A stretch of 64,000 bases of DNA, taken from positions 167,928 to 231,927 of the forward strand of contig VMGF01000002.1 in NCBI GenBank assembly GCA_007376445.1, written 5' to 3'. The DNA comes from Parcubacteria group bacterium Gr01-1014_3. Lineage in GTDB: Bacteria; Patescibacteriota; Minisyncoccia; UBA6257; WO2-44-18. Positions 24,361 through 33,666 of this stretch are shown here, piece by piece (position 1 is the first letter of the stretch; the number at the start of each line of letters is the position of its first letter). The notes under the pieces were generated by a model. The model saw only the letters and a program-made list of their open reading frames with translations. It ran no database searches and had not been told where the DNA came from. The position numbers were made by a program, and so were the translations under genes.

Positions 24361-26139
24361 CTAGCTCTCCTTTTTCTTCAAAGATTCTGCAATAGCTTTT
24401 TTAAGCGCTTCGATATCTACTGGTTTTTTTATCGAGCTCATTGGTTTTATATTTTTAGCCTCTTCATCAATCAGATCCGGCGGACGCGAAACTAGTTCTT
24501 TTAAGGACGCCTGCTTGGCCGGCGCTTGTGGGATATTTTCGAATTTTGGCTTGCCCGCCTCTGGCGCTGGCTTGAGTGGAATACGAGGACTTTCCTGGCG
24601 ATCAACCCTGGTCGCCTTTGGCGCCGCCATAGGCGGGTAAATTGGCGTTATGGGTATCTCGCGACGGATATCAACCCTACGAATTTCGGGCTTGCCCGCC
24701 ATGGCGGGCTTATTGCCATAGCTAGTTTGATTTTGATGACCAGGCGCTTCTCTACGAAAACCGTCCATATTGCCCATGCTGATCGGACGATCGGGGCGAT
24801 ATTCTGGACGTGGCCGCCGGATGTCACTACCCATTTGATCTCCTCCTGCGCCACCCTGTTGAAGAAACTCTCCGGCGATCTTTGCTGAAACCACGGCAAT
24901 TGGAGTGGCGTAGGTCTTACGGGTATACTCAATGATCTCCTGAGCATAGGAAGTTGGGGGTTTAGAAATCGGATCCATGGTTTTAGCGGAAAAAGGCCGC
25001 GAAGCCACGCCGTCGATCATCAACTTCACGTAAACGTTATATTTCGCCAGATTCAAAATATCGGTAGCCATAAAATCCGGTTCATATTCTTTTTCTAAAA
25101 ATTCCGCGTCCTCCGCGCCAACCCGGAAGGTTATTAGAGTGCCGACGTTACCGAAAACCGCGTCCCTCATCCTAGTATTCATATCGTGAACCAGCTGACG
25201 GATATATTGATGCGCCAGAATAAGCGAAAGGCGGTATTTTCTGGCCTCAGATAAAATATTCGCGAAAGAATCGGTGGCAAAATTCTGAAACTCGTCTACA
25301 TATAAGAAAAAGTCTTTGCGATCTTTTTCCGCTAAATCAACGCGAGACATAGCCGCTAATTGTAGTTTAGTGATGATCATGGCGCCAAGAAGGGCGGAGT
25401 TATCCTCGCCGATACGGCCCTTGGATAGGTTGAAAATCAGGATTTTCTGCTCATCCATAGCCCTCCGTAAATTCATGGCCGATTTTGGCTGACCAAGAAT
25501 GTTGCGGACGGTTGGATTAGCGACCAGCTGACCGATCTTATTTTGAATAGCGGCAGTCGCTTCGGTCTCGAATTTTTGCGCGTAACGCGCGTACTCATTA
25601 ACCCAAAAACCTTTAATGACCGGGTCTTTCAGCTGGTCAACGATCCTGGCGCGGTATTCCTTGTCGGAGAAGATCCTTAACACACCAAGAATAGTAGAAT
25701 CGCTGAACTCAAGAAGCGCCAAGAGGGCGTTATTCAAAATGTATTCCATGCGAGCGGACCAGACATCCGGCCAGATCTTTTTGAAGACGCCCATGATACT
25801 GGACGCGATCAGCGGGCGCATCTCGTTGGTAACCTGCTCTAATGGATTAAAGGCGATCGGAAAATCGCTGTCGGATGGATTGAAATAGATAACGTCCTTG
25901 ATGCGCTCTTTTGGAACATAATCCAACATCTTTTCCGCGAAATCTCCGTGCGGATCCACCACGCCAACGCCGTGACCGTTCATGATGTCAGAAATAACCA
26001 TGTTCTCCAGCATGGTGGTTTTACCCATTCCGGTCTTACCGATGATGTACATGTGGCGGCGGCGGTCATCTACTTTAATGCCGAATTTTTTATTCGCCCC
26101 GCGGAAATTGGTTTGTCCAAATAATGTAATTTTATCCAT
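24361..26139 (-). CDS. VirD4/TraD/HerA-like P-loop ATPase (type IV coupling-protein-like)
   Basis: HMYIIGKTGMGKT, DPHGD, LYVDEFQNF, EARKY, AHQY. Confidence 0.85.
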   Translation of the reverse strand: MDKITLFGQTNFRGANKKFGIKVDDRRRHMYIIGKTGMGKTTMLENMVISDIMNGHGVGVVDPHGDFAEKMLDYVPKERIKDVIYFNPSDSDFPIAFNPLEQVTNEMRPLIASSIMGVFKKIWPDVWSARMEYILNNALLALLEFSDSTILGVLRIFSDKEYRARIVDQLKDPVIKGFWVNEYARYAQKFETEATAAIQNKIGQLVANPTVRNILGQPKSAMNLRRAMDEQKILIFNLSKGRIGEDNSALLGAMIITKLQLAAMSRVDLAEKDRKDFFLYVDEFQNFATDSFANILSEARKYRLSLILAHQYIRQLVHDMNTRMRDAVFGNVGTLITFRVGAEDAEFLEKEYEPDFMATDILNLAKYNVYVKLMIDGVASRPFSAKTMDPISKPPTSYAQEIIEYTRKTYATPIAVVSAKIAGEFLQQGGAGGDQMGSDIRRPRPEYRPDRPISMGNMDGFRREAPGHQNQTSYGNKPAMAGKPEIRRVDIRREIPITPIYPPMAAPKATRVDRQESPRIPLKPAPEAGKPKFENIPQAPAKQASLKELVSRPPDLIDEEAKNIKPMSSIKKPVDIEALKKAIAESLKKKES

Positions 26140-26160
26140 ATAGTTTATTAACCGTTGCCA

Positions 26161-27417
26161 TTATTCTACCGGTAATTCGGCCGGTGGCTCGCCTTTCTTG
26201 GTGCCTAAGCGACGCAACAGCGGAGCTTCAACAACGATACTCGGGAAGTGATAAAGCGTGGCTAATTCTTCGATATTTAAGATGCCTACCTTACGTGGCC
26301 AGTACCGGCGCCGATAAGCTTCAAAAAGTTGGCGTTTCTTTAAGAAAACTACTTGTTTTTTAAACAATCCTCGTCCGATGGTGATAGTGTTTGTGTTCGG
26401 CCGGAGACCGTTGATGTGTTGCCCGGTAAACTGGTGGAAGGTAGACATAATAGCCGCGATGTTGCCGCGGGTAAAACTTTTTCGCTTATCGATATAAAGA
26501 AACCGGACATTGGATTCAAAAGCGATCTTACTAAGCTTAGTCTCGACAGCCTCCACGACATCTTTCTCGCCGGGAGTCAGAGCCAGCATCCTAGTTTCTT
26601 TTTCTGGCTTCATCGCCTCCGGCCATTCCGGAGGTTTGACAGGAGCATTGAATAAATTTTTCGCGAAGGTAATGATGCCATCAACGAATCCCGCCGGAGC
26701 CGGCGGAGCTTTCCGTCCGATCAGTTTATCACGGATCACCTCGCCTTTCTTTTTCCATTCCGGGCCGGTCGGCCGGATCAAAATTTGAATCCAAACCGCC
26801 TCGTCGCTTTTCAAGCGAGACATAGCCTCAGCAACCGTGGCGATCGGATCCAACCGCTTTTCCGGAACACTTTCCTCAAAATATTCATGAGTGCGGATCG
26901 GATAGGCGTCTTCTCTTATCAAATGATAGTCAGTGCCCCAGATATCATAAACTTTGTTCGGCAAGGTGGCCGGCATCATGTCCATGTAGTCACTGGTGGC
27001 CAAACTGATCTCCGCGTCCGGATATTGGGCGTAAATAGCTGATTCGATCAAATTCCGATGGCCTTCAATACAACGAATATAAAAATGGATGCCGCTGGAA
27101 TGGCCGACTAACTCAAAGGACATAAAATCCTCTTTTATTTTTCCGTCCCAATATTTTTCAGTAAAACGAAGACCGAAGGAATACATACCATAGCAAGCGG
27201 CAAAAACCTGCTCCATCGCCTTTGGAGTTTTCTCAATTCCCTGCGGGATCTTCGCTTCTAATAGAACCCATTTTTGGCTACGAAGATAGTTGACGTATAC
27301 ATAATAGATCCAAAACTCCCAGGCAACGAAAATTAGCGCCAAGGGCAATAAAATCCACCAAGTGGCGCTTAAAACTATAAGAATACTATTTAAAATTCCT
27401 TGAAGAACTTCTATCAT
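26161..27417 (-). CDS. Conserved membrane-anchored partner of the VirD4-like ATPase
   Basis: N-terminal TM, SFEL, YAQYPD, EELATLYHFP. Confidence 0.7.
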   Translation of the reverse strand: MIEVLQGILNSILIVLSATWWILLPLALIFVAWEFWIYYVYVNYLRSQKWVLLEAKIPQGIEKTPKAMEQVFAACYGMYSFGLRFTEKYWDGKIKEDFMSFELVGHSSGIHFYIRCIEGHRNLIESAIYAQYPDAEISLATSDYMDMMPATLPNKVYDIWGTDYHLIREDAYPIRTHEYFEESVPEKRLDPIATVAEAMSRLKSDEAVWIQILIRPTGPEWKKKGEVIRDKLIGRKAPPAPAGFVDGIITFAKNLFNAPVKPPEWPEAMKPEKETRMLALTPGEKDVVEAVETKLSKIAFESNVRFLYIDKRKSFTRGNIAAIMSTFHQFTGQHINGLRPNTNTITIGRGLFKKQVVFLKKRQLFEAYRRRYWPRKVGILNIEELATLYHFPSIVVEAPLLRRLGTKKGEPPAELPVE

Positions 27418-27507
27418 GAGTAATCGCTGAAGTGTCAGCTAATCATATTTCCGCGGATAAGTTTATTATACCACGGCCCAACTCTGACACTATAAGCAAT
27501 TCCTCGA

Positions 27508-28536
27508 TTAAACTAGGGTCGTATAACGGCCGTCCTCTAACCTCTTAAAGTGCTTCTTATTCTGGAGGTTGATGAGAATGGTGTTTTCCTTGAACAAACG
27601 ATCCTTCAAGACATGTCCCATGACTTCTTTCGGCTTAAGCGGACCGTGCTGTTTGATGAAGTGAGCGATGATCTCGCGGGCGGTGCCCGGAACGATACCG
27701 AACTCTTTCAAGCTATAAGTGCCTTTGCCAACCAAAACGAATTTGTCGTCCTTGATCAGTTCGTTGTGGATAGTTGGAGCGTGAACCGGAGTAGCCTTCA
27801 ACTCGCTGACTTTCTTAGCTAATTCATTGAAGTGCATCGGGCGCTGTTCTTTCTTCAAAACCAAGTAGGCCCAATCGCGGGCAGTCTTCGGATTGATCTC
27901 AGCGGCGGCGGACGGACCGACTTCGCCATAACGGTTAACCGCTACATGCTTAGAGATCGCCGCGTAACCCATCGCTACCGAGTCAGTTAAATTAGCCGCC
28001 TTGGCGGTAGAAGCAAAAACGGCGTTATATTCGCCTTTCTTAGAATTCCAGCCATTCAAAACCTTAGATACGAAACCTAAAGCTTTCTTCTGATCATCGG
28101 AACCAATGTGCCAATGAGCTCGGTGGTCATCGGTTTCTTTAGCGAACTTGAATGAACCGCAAACTTCCAGCAGGAATTTTACTTTATTAGAAAGAAGGGC
28201 AACCGGTTCTTTATCCGTGGCCAGAGAAACTAAATCGCCGGAAAGGAAATCCTCTCGGCGGCAATTACCCGCATTTTTTAAATTAGCCGAAACTGCGGAG
28301 ACAAAAGACGCCAAATCAACTGAAGCGGCTTTTGCCTTAACGGTTTTCAAAGCCAATGCCTCGATCTGACGGATACGCTCACGAGTCAAATTATATTTAG
28401 TGCCTAGTTCAGCGAGGGTTTTGGAGTCCGCGCTAGTTAGACCATAACGACCTTCTAAAACCTCTTTGTGGCGGACCGGAAGACCGACGAGAATCGCCTT
28501 TACGAATTGATTGATTTTATAATTCGGGCTGGACAT
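27508..28536 (-). CDS. Sigma70 region 4 plus C-terminal winged-HTH (RNAP delta/HARE-HTH-like) protein
   Basis: TLAELG..YNLTRERIRQIE; PMHF.E...TIHNELI.D..FVLVGKG.Y.L. Confidence 0.8.
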   Translation of the reverse strand: MSSPNYKINQFVKAILVGLPVRHKEVLEGRYGLTSADSKTLAELGTKYNLTRERIRQIEALALKTVKAKAASVDLASFVSAVSANLKNAGNCRREDFLSGDLVSLATDKEPVALLSNKVKFLLEVCGSFKFAKETDDHRAHWHIGSDDQKKALGFVSKVLNGWNSKKGEYNAVFASTAKAANLTDSVAMGYAAISKHVAVNRYGEVGPSAAAEINPKTARDWAYLVLKKEQRPMHFNELAKKVSELKATPVHAPTIHNELIKDDKFVLVGKGTYSLKEFGIVPGTAREIIAHFIKQHGPLKPKEVMGHVLKDRLFKENTILINLQNKKHFKRLEDGRYTTLV

Positions 28537-28622
28537 GTGTTTATATTTATATTGGTTTTACTCGGAAATTCTAACACATTTCAAAATATAGGTCAATAGG
28601 CTAACTGGCTGGTCAAAAACCC

Positions 28623-29543
28623 CTAAATTCTCTTGTTTTTTTGCCATAAAGTGAGAAGAGGGCTGGCAATAAAAATTGAAGAGTAAGTGCCGAAAACCGT
28701 ACCCACCAGTATCACCAAAATGAAATACTTAAGAGCCGCCGGACCGAGGAAAAATAGGGCTAAAAGCGTCAAAACTAGGGTCAGGGAGGTGTTGATCGAT
28801 CGGGCCATAGTTTCATTGACGCTCCGGTTAACTAGATTGTTAAAATCCTCGGAGGAACTACCAGATTTACCGGCAAACGAGATCCGTAAGTTTTCCCGGA
28901 TACGATCAAAGACCACGATCGTGTCGTGCACCGAAAAACCCATCACTACCAGGACCGCCACGATGAAATTAGTATCAACTTCGACGTTCAAGAAATAACC
29001 CAGCACCGCGAACATGCCCGCCGGGATCAGCGCGTCGTGGAACAGCGTCAAAAGAGTGATGATGCCATACTTCCAAGAACTCACCGGCTTCGAAACCTTG
29101 CGGAACGCGAATGCCACATAAAGAGAGATGCCGAGCAAGACTAAGCCAAAGGCGATCAGGGCTTTTTGACGGAGATCATTACCTACCGTCGGTCCGATGT
29201 TCTGAAACTGCATCTCCTCTACCTTTCCAAATTTCTTTTGCAGACCCTGGAGCGCAATCCCTTTTTGCTGTTCGGTGATATCTTTGGCGCGGATCAAAAA
29301 ACTTTGCCCATCCCCTCCCTGCGGCAAAACTATCGCGTCCGGAACATTGAACTGATTTATCAAAGACTCAACAAGCTCTTCTTTTACCACTGTATTTTCA
29401 CTGAATTTCAGTTCCCAGGCCACGCCACCGGCAAAATCAATTCCTGGCTTTAAACCAAAGAAAAGAATCGCCGCGATGCTTAGGGCGGTCATGGCGCCGG
29501 AGAAACCAAGGTAGATATATTTTTTGCCGATTACGTTCATCAT
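28623..29543 (-). CDS. secF: Protein translocase subunit SecF
   Basis: GIDFAGG, IGPTVG, HD, GFSVHDTIVVFDRIREN, RSINTS. Confidence 0.95.
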   Translation of the reverse strand: MMNVIGKKYIYLGFSGAMTALSIAAILFFGLKPGIDFAGGVAWELKFSENTVVKEELVESLINQFNVPDAIVLPQGGDGQSFLIRAKDITEQQKGIALQGLQKKFGKVEEMQFQNIGPTVGNDLRQKALIAFGLVLLGISLYVAFAFRKVSKPVSSWKYGIITLLTLFHDALIPAGMFAVLGYFLNVEVDTNFIVAVLVVMGFSVHDTIVVFDRIRENLRISFAGKSGSSSEDFNNLVNRSVNETMARSINTSLTLVLTLLALFFLGPAALKYFILVILVGTVFGTYSSIFIASPLLTLWQKNKRI

Positions 29544-29544
29544 T

Positions 29545-30771
29545 TTATTTAGTAAGACTTCTTAAGATCGCGCGAGTGACCGTGATCGCGCTAAACATGC
29601 TCATCAACACACCCACCAATAAAGCCAGGGCAAAACCGCGGACGAAGCTTGAGGTGAAGTAATACAAGATTACCGAAGTGATAATAGTAGAAATATTGGA
29701 ATCACGGATCGAAGTCCAGGCTCGCTTGAAGCCCTCCTCTAAAGCGGCAGAAAACGGCGCGCCTTTTTTCACTTCCTCTTTAGTCCGAGCGAATACCAAA
29801 ATGTTGGCGTCCACGGCCATACCTATAGATAGGATGAAGCCGGCAATGCCCGAAAGGGTCATGGTGATGCCAACAAGCTTGAAGACCGCGAGTGTCAGTA
29901 TAATGTAAATCACTAAAGCCAGCGCGGAAAAGAGGCCGAGGCGACGGTAATAAAGGATCATAAATAGGATGATAGCGAGGGTGCCGATCATTCCAGCAAA
30001 GAGCGCTTTATTTAAAGAATCCAGGCCCAAAGAAGGACCGATGGTCTGCTGGCTGATGACTTTAACCGGCGCCGGCAAGGCTCCGGCATTCAGTAAGCTG
30101 ACAAGCTGCTGAGCTTCTTTGAAGGTGAACTGGCCGGAGATTTGCGCTTCGCCGCCAGCGATCTTTTCCTGAACGACCGGAATTGAAATAATATTACCGT
30201 CGAGTAAGATACCGATTGGCTTTCCGACTGAGCGGATGGTCATTTCTTCAAATAATCTTGATCCTTCTTTATCAAAGGAGATGGCGATCTGCGGCAGGCC
30301 GGTTTGCGGATTAGTGACCACCTGCGCGGTCTTGAGGTAACGTCCAGTCAACTTGGTTGGGAGAAACTCTACTTCACCTTCTTTAGCGGTAGACTTTACT
30401 TCACGGAACTCCAGCTGGGCCGTGCGGCCGATCTGATTGATGGCGGCCTGTACGTCTTTGATACCGGCAAGCTCCACCGTGATCTGATATGAATCGCCCT
30501 GTTTGGCCGTGGTCACGCGCGGTTCGCTGACGCCGAATACATTCACGCGCTTCTCCAACACATCGCGTAGACCATTCATGACCGAACTCCGGTCAGCCGC
30601 CGCCACAGAAGACATATCCACTTCATATACTAAGTAAGTGCCACCCACTAGATCCAAGCCGAGATTCCACGGCAAAACTTTCGAGCCAAGTCCTTTCGGA
30701 TAAATGAAAAATCCGGCCAGAACGGTCAGTACCAAAACAAAAAATAAAATCAGTTGAGCCTTTGATCGCAT
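29545..30771 (-). CDS. secD: Protein translocase subunit SecD
   Basis: LGLDLVGG, GVSEP, GALP, IGPSLG, GMAVDANIL. Confidence 0.95.
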   Translation of the reverse strand: MRSKAQLILFFVLVLTVLAGFFIYPKGLGSKVLPWNLGLDLVGGTYLVYEVDMSSVAAADRSSVMNGLRDVLEKRVNVFGVSEPRVTTAKQGDSYQITVELAGIKDVQAAINQIGRTAQLEFREVKSTAKEGEVEFLPTKLTGRYLKTAQVVTNPQTGLPQIAISFDKEGSRLFEEMTIRSVGKPIGILLDGNIISIPVVQEKIAGGEAQISGQFTFKEAQQLVSLLNAGALPAPVKVISQQTIGPSLGLDSLNKALFAGMIGTLAIILFMILYYRRLGLFSALALVIYIILTLAVFKLVGITMTLSGIAGFILSIGMAVDANILVFARTKEEVKKGAPFSAALEEGFKRAWTSIRDSNISTIITSVILYYFTSSFVRGFALALLVGVLMSMFSAITVTRAILRSLTK

Positions 30772-30820
30772 AAGTTAAAAAGTGATTTTAAGTATAAACA
30801 ATTAAATAAAACTTTCAACC

Positions 30821-31034
30821 CCACGCCCCCCCCACAGGAACAAGGCTTTCGCTCCGCTCAAGCTCGAACACTTCCGCCGCACCCCGACCCCCGCTTAAGA
30901 CACCTTCGGTTTCTTACCCTCGTCCGCCATCCGCCAACTGGCGGAGGCGGACTCGGATCTTCCTGGTACGGGGTGCGGCTGGTTCGATTCCATGTAGCAA
31001 ATCAAAAACTGGCCTTAGGCCAGTTTTTGATTTG
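30821..31034. repeat. Nested palindromic trailer of tRNA-Lys containing an inverted copy of the tRNA 3' half
   Basis: 30980-30995 is the exact reverse complement of 31043-31058; 17-bp hairpin at 30998-31034; nested gccgcacccc/ggggtgcggc and TCCGCC repeats. Confidence 0.7.
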
Positions 31035-31106
31035 GTGCCCCCACATGGAATCGAACCATGGTCAACTGCTTAAAAGGCAGCTGCTCTACCATTGAGCTAT
31101 GGAGGC
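31033..31106 (-). tRNA. trnK: tRNA-Lys(UUU)
   Basis: GCCTCCA../..TGGGGGC-A-CCA; anticodon loop CT-TTT-AA. Confidence 0.93.
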
Positions 31107-31185
31107 TTGATACGAAAAATATTAATACAAAAATTGAGTTTGGTAAAGAGAGCGTATATAATGTACCTAGCTATTTGAGGTGAAA

Positions 31186-31458
31186 ATGACCAAACGAAAT
31201 AAGGTCAATCTAGAACCCCTTTTCCGAGTGAACTACCGAATGCGCGTGTATGATCCAACTCGTGAAGAGATGTCGGAAAGCGAACGGGAAGAAATTATCA
31301 ATGCCGCGACGCCGGAGCAGGCTCTCGAAAAAGCGAAAGAAAAACTGGAGATAATCGCCCAAAGAACCGAGCAGGATTTCGGAGCCTCGCTATATGAATT
31401 CACCAACTTTCTAGTAACAGCCATCTGCCCGCACTGTCGCGGAACTGGACTTGCTTAA
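31186..31458 (+). CDS. Hypothetical protein with a C-terminal CxxCxG motif
   Basis: GAGGTG SD before ATG 31186; CPHCRGTG; terminator at 31457-31483. Confidence 0.6.
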   Translation: MTKRNKVNLEPLFRVNYRMRVYDPTREEMSESEREEIINAATPEQALEKAKEKLEIIAQRTEQDFGASLYEFTNFLVTAICPHCRGTGLA

Positions 31459-31486
31459 ACGCCCCGATATATCGGGGCGTTTTCTT

Positions 31487-32590
31487 CTAAATCTCTTCCG
31501 CTAGCTCCTCCAACAGTTTCTTCGCCTTCGCGCTTAATTTTTTCGGAGTTTTCACGTGCCACTCTATATAAAGATCACCGCGGCCAAAACCGCCAAAGCG
31601 CTTCATGCCGCGTCCGGACACCCGAAGTTGTTCTTTCAAATTAAAATCCGCCGGAATTTCCACGTGAATCTTCTCGCCGGAAATATCCTGAACCTCGATC
31701 TTTTTTCCAAGCACCGCGTCCACGAAGCCAACTTCTTTTTTCAGCAACAAATCATCGCCATGGCGTTCAAAGTTCTTATCGGCTTTCACTTTAATACGAA
31801 TATATAAGTCGCCCTGCTCGGCGCCGCGCTCTCCCACTTCACCAGCCTTGGTAATCTTCATCATCTGGCCATCACCGACACCCGGAGTTATATCGATCTC
31901 AAGAGTCCTCTCGCCTATCGCGCGGCCAACGCCTTTGCAGGTTGAGCAGGTCTTGTTTGGGATCTGGCCGGTGCCGCTGCACTTGGCGCAGGCCCGGACT
32001 TGGGAAAAACTGCCGAAGAATGTATTCCGCGCTTCACGGATCTCTCCGCGGCCGTTGCAGGTGTCACAGGTAGTCGTGCCTTCCTTTGGGAAATGACCGA
32101 CGCCAGCGCATTCTTTACAAGCTATAAAAGTTTTAATGTGAACCGCCCGCTTCACTCCGGTAAACGCCTCTTCAAGAGTAATTTGTTGAACCACTTCAAG
32201 ATCCGCGCCCCGCTGATAAGTCTTTCGTTTCTTAACTCCCAAGCCCTCGAAGATCGCGTCAAAAACTTCGCTCATATTACCCATATCTTCAAAATTGGAC
32301 GGATCAAAGCCCGCGCCGAAATCAAAACCACCGAAAGGATTGCCAAATGGGCCGTCTCCTCCCGAGGAGGATCCGCCTCCGGCGGAAAAAACCCGGCCAA
32401 ACTGGTCGTACTGCGACCGTTTGTCTTTGTTGGAGAGCACCTGATAAGCCTCATTGATCTCTTTAAATTTCTGCTCATCGCCGTGAGATTTATCCGGATG
32501 ATACTGATGCGCCAGCTTGCGATAAGCTTTTTTAATATCTTCCTCAGTCGCTTCTTTCTCCACGCCTAAAATTTTGTAGTAGTCTTTCAT
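31487..32590 (-). CDS. dnaJ: Chaperone DnaJ
   Basis: HPD J-domain, G/F-rich region, four CxxCxGxG motifs. Confidence 0.97.
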   Translation of the reverse strand: MKDYYKILGVEKEATEEDIKKAYRKLAHQYHPDKSHGDEQKFKEINEAYQVLSNKDKRSQYDQFGRVFSAGGGSSSGGDGPFGNPFGGFDFGAGFDPSNFEDMGNMSEVFDAIFEGLGVKKRKTYQRGADLEVVQQITLEEAFTGVKRAVHIKTFIACKECAGVGHFPKEGTTTCDTCNGRGEIREARNTFFGSFSQVRACAKCSGTGQIPNKTCSTCKGVGRAIGERTLEIDITPGVGDGQMMKITKAGEVGERGAEQGDLYIRIKVKADKNFERHGDDLLLKKEVGFVDAVLGKKIEVQDISGEKIHVEIPADFNLKEQLRVSGRGMKRFGGFGRGDLYIEWHVKTPKKLSAKAKKLLEELAEEI

Positions 32591-32694
32591 GTGTTTACAC
32601 TGTATAACACCAATCTACGAATTTTACACGAATGACACGAATATTTGTGGCATTAGTGTCCATTTGTGGATTTGTGTTTTGTTTATTACGGACT

Positions 32695-33621
32695 TTATAA
32701 ACTTATTACGTATTTCTCGACGCTTTGGGTTTGTATTTTGAAAAATCCTAGATTAAAAAGCGCCTGATAAAGCAGCCAGCCCAGGCCAAGCGCCAGCCAG
32801 TTCACGAAGATCAGTAGGAATTTTATCAACAAAAAGATTAGGAATCCGCCGAAGACCAGAAAAACCGTCCGTAGAATTGGCGGAAGATTAGATAGACGGC
32901 CGAGAGTTAAGTCGTAGAGAATGTCCGTGATCGTGTCGGCCGGACGGATCTTGAGTCCGGTAAAATTACCGATCACTTCCGCGACACGCTGGGCCGCTTC
33001 CTGCACAATCAACTGACGCGCGCCGGGAGCGATACTGTCGGCTTCTTTGGGTAAAAGCTTTAAAGAAATATCGGTCAGAGAATTTTCAATAGAAAACTTC
33101 GGAATATAAGCCGAGGCGATAGGCTCGAGCGGACGGATTGCGATACCGATATGCTGCTTAGCCGCGGCGGGGTCTTCAAAATCCAAGATCGAAATAAAGG
33201 CCACGATCACGAAAATCGCGATGGCGGATGAAGCTCCCCTCAGAATCACCTGGCCGGTTTTGAAAAAACGGATCTCGAGATTATTTTTAACCTCCAGCCG
33301 TCCGTTATAGTAAGCGCTGATCAATAAAGCGATCGCGATAAGAATAGCCGCGAACATCACCAAGGAAAGCGAACCGCCGAGAAAAATGGTCATCGCCGCG
33401 ACCTGCGCCACGATCATGCCAGCGCTGATCAAAAAATTGTCCACTAAAAGGACCTGAATAACGAAAGCTGAAAGAAATAAAACGGAGGCGATGAACGTCC
33501 AAAATGCCGAGGAGAAACTGCCGATGCTTAATAAATTACCCGCGGCATAGCTGAAAATAAGGGCGAAGAAAGCCACTACCCCACCCAGAGAAATGATTTT
33601 TGTGATTACAGGTCGATTCAT
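32695..33621 (-). CDS. Hypothetical polytopic membrane protein
   Basis: Multiple TM segments; lies between dnaK and dnaJ. Confidence 0.7.
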   Translation of the reverse strand: MNRPVITKIISLGGVVAFFALIFSYAAGNLLSIGSFSSAFWTFIASVLFLSAFVIQVLLVDNFLISAGMIVAQVAAMTIFLGGSLSLVMFAAILIAIALLISAYYNGRLEVKNNLEIRFFKTGQVILRGASSAIAIFVIVAFISILDFEDPAAAKQHIGIAIRPLEPIASAYIPKFSIENSLTDISLKLLPKEADSIAPGARQLIVQEAAQRVAEVIGNFTGLKIRPADTITDILYDLTLGRLSNLPPILRTVFLVFGGFLIFLLIKFLLIFVNWLALGLGWLLYQALFNLGFFKIQTQSVEKYVISL

Positions 33622-33666
33622 CCTCTATCAAATGGCTATATAAATTAATTGTACCACAAGGCGGCC

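Noticed and set aside
24361-27417. VirD4-like ATPase as evidence of a conjugative element
   Set aside because: No relaxase, VirB genes or integrase nearby; this gene pair is a common chromosomal feature in CPR.
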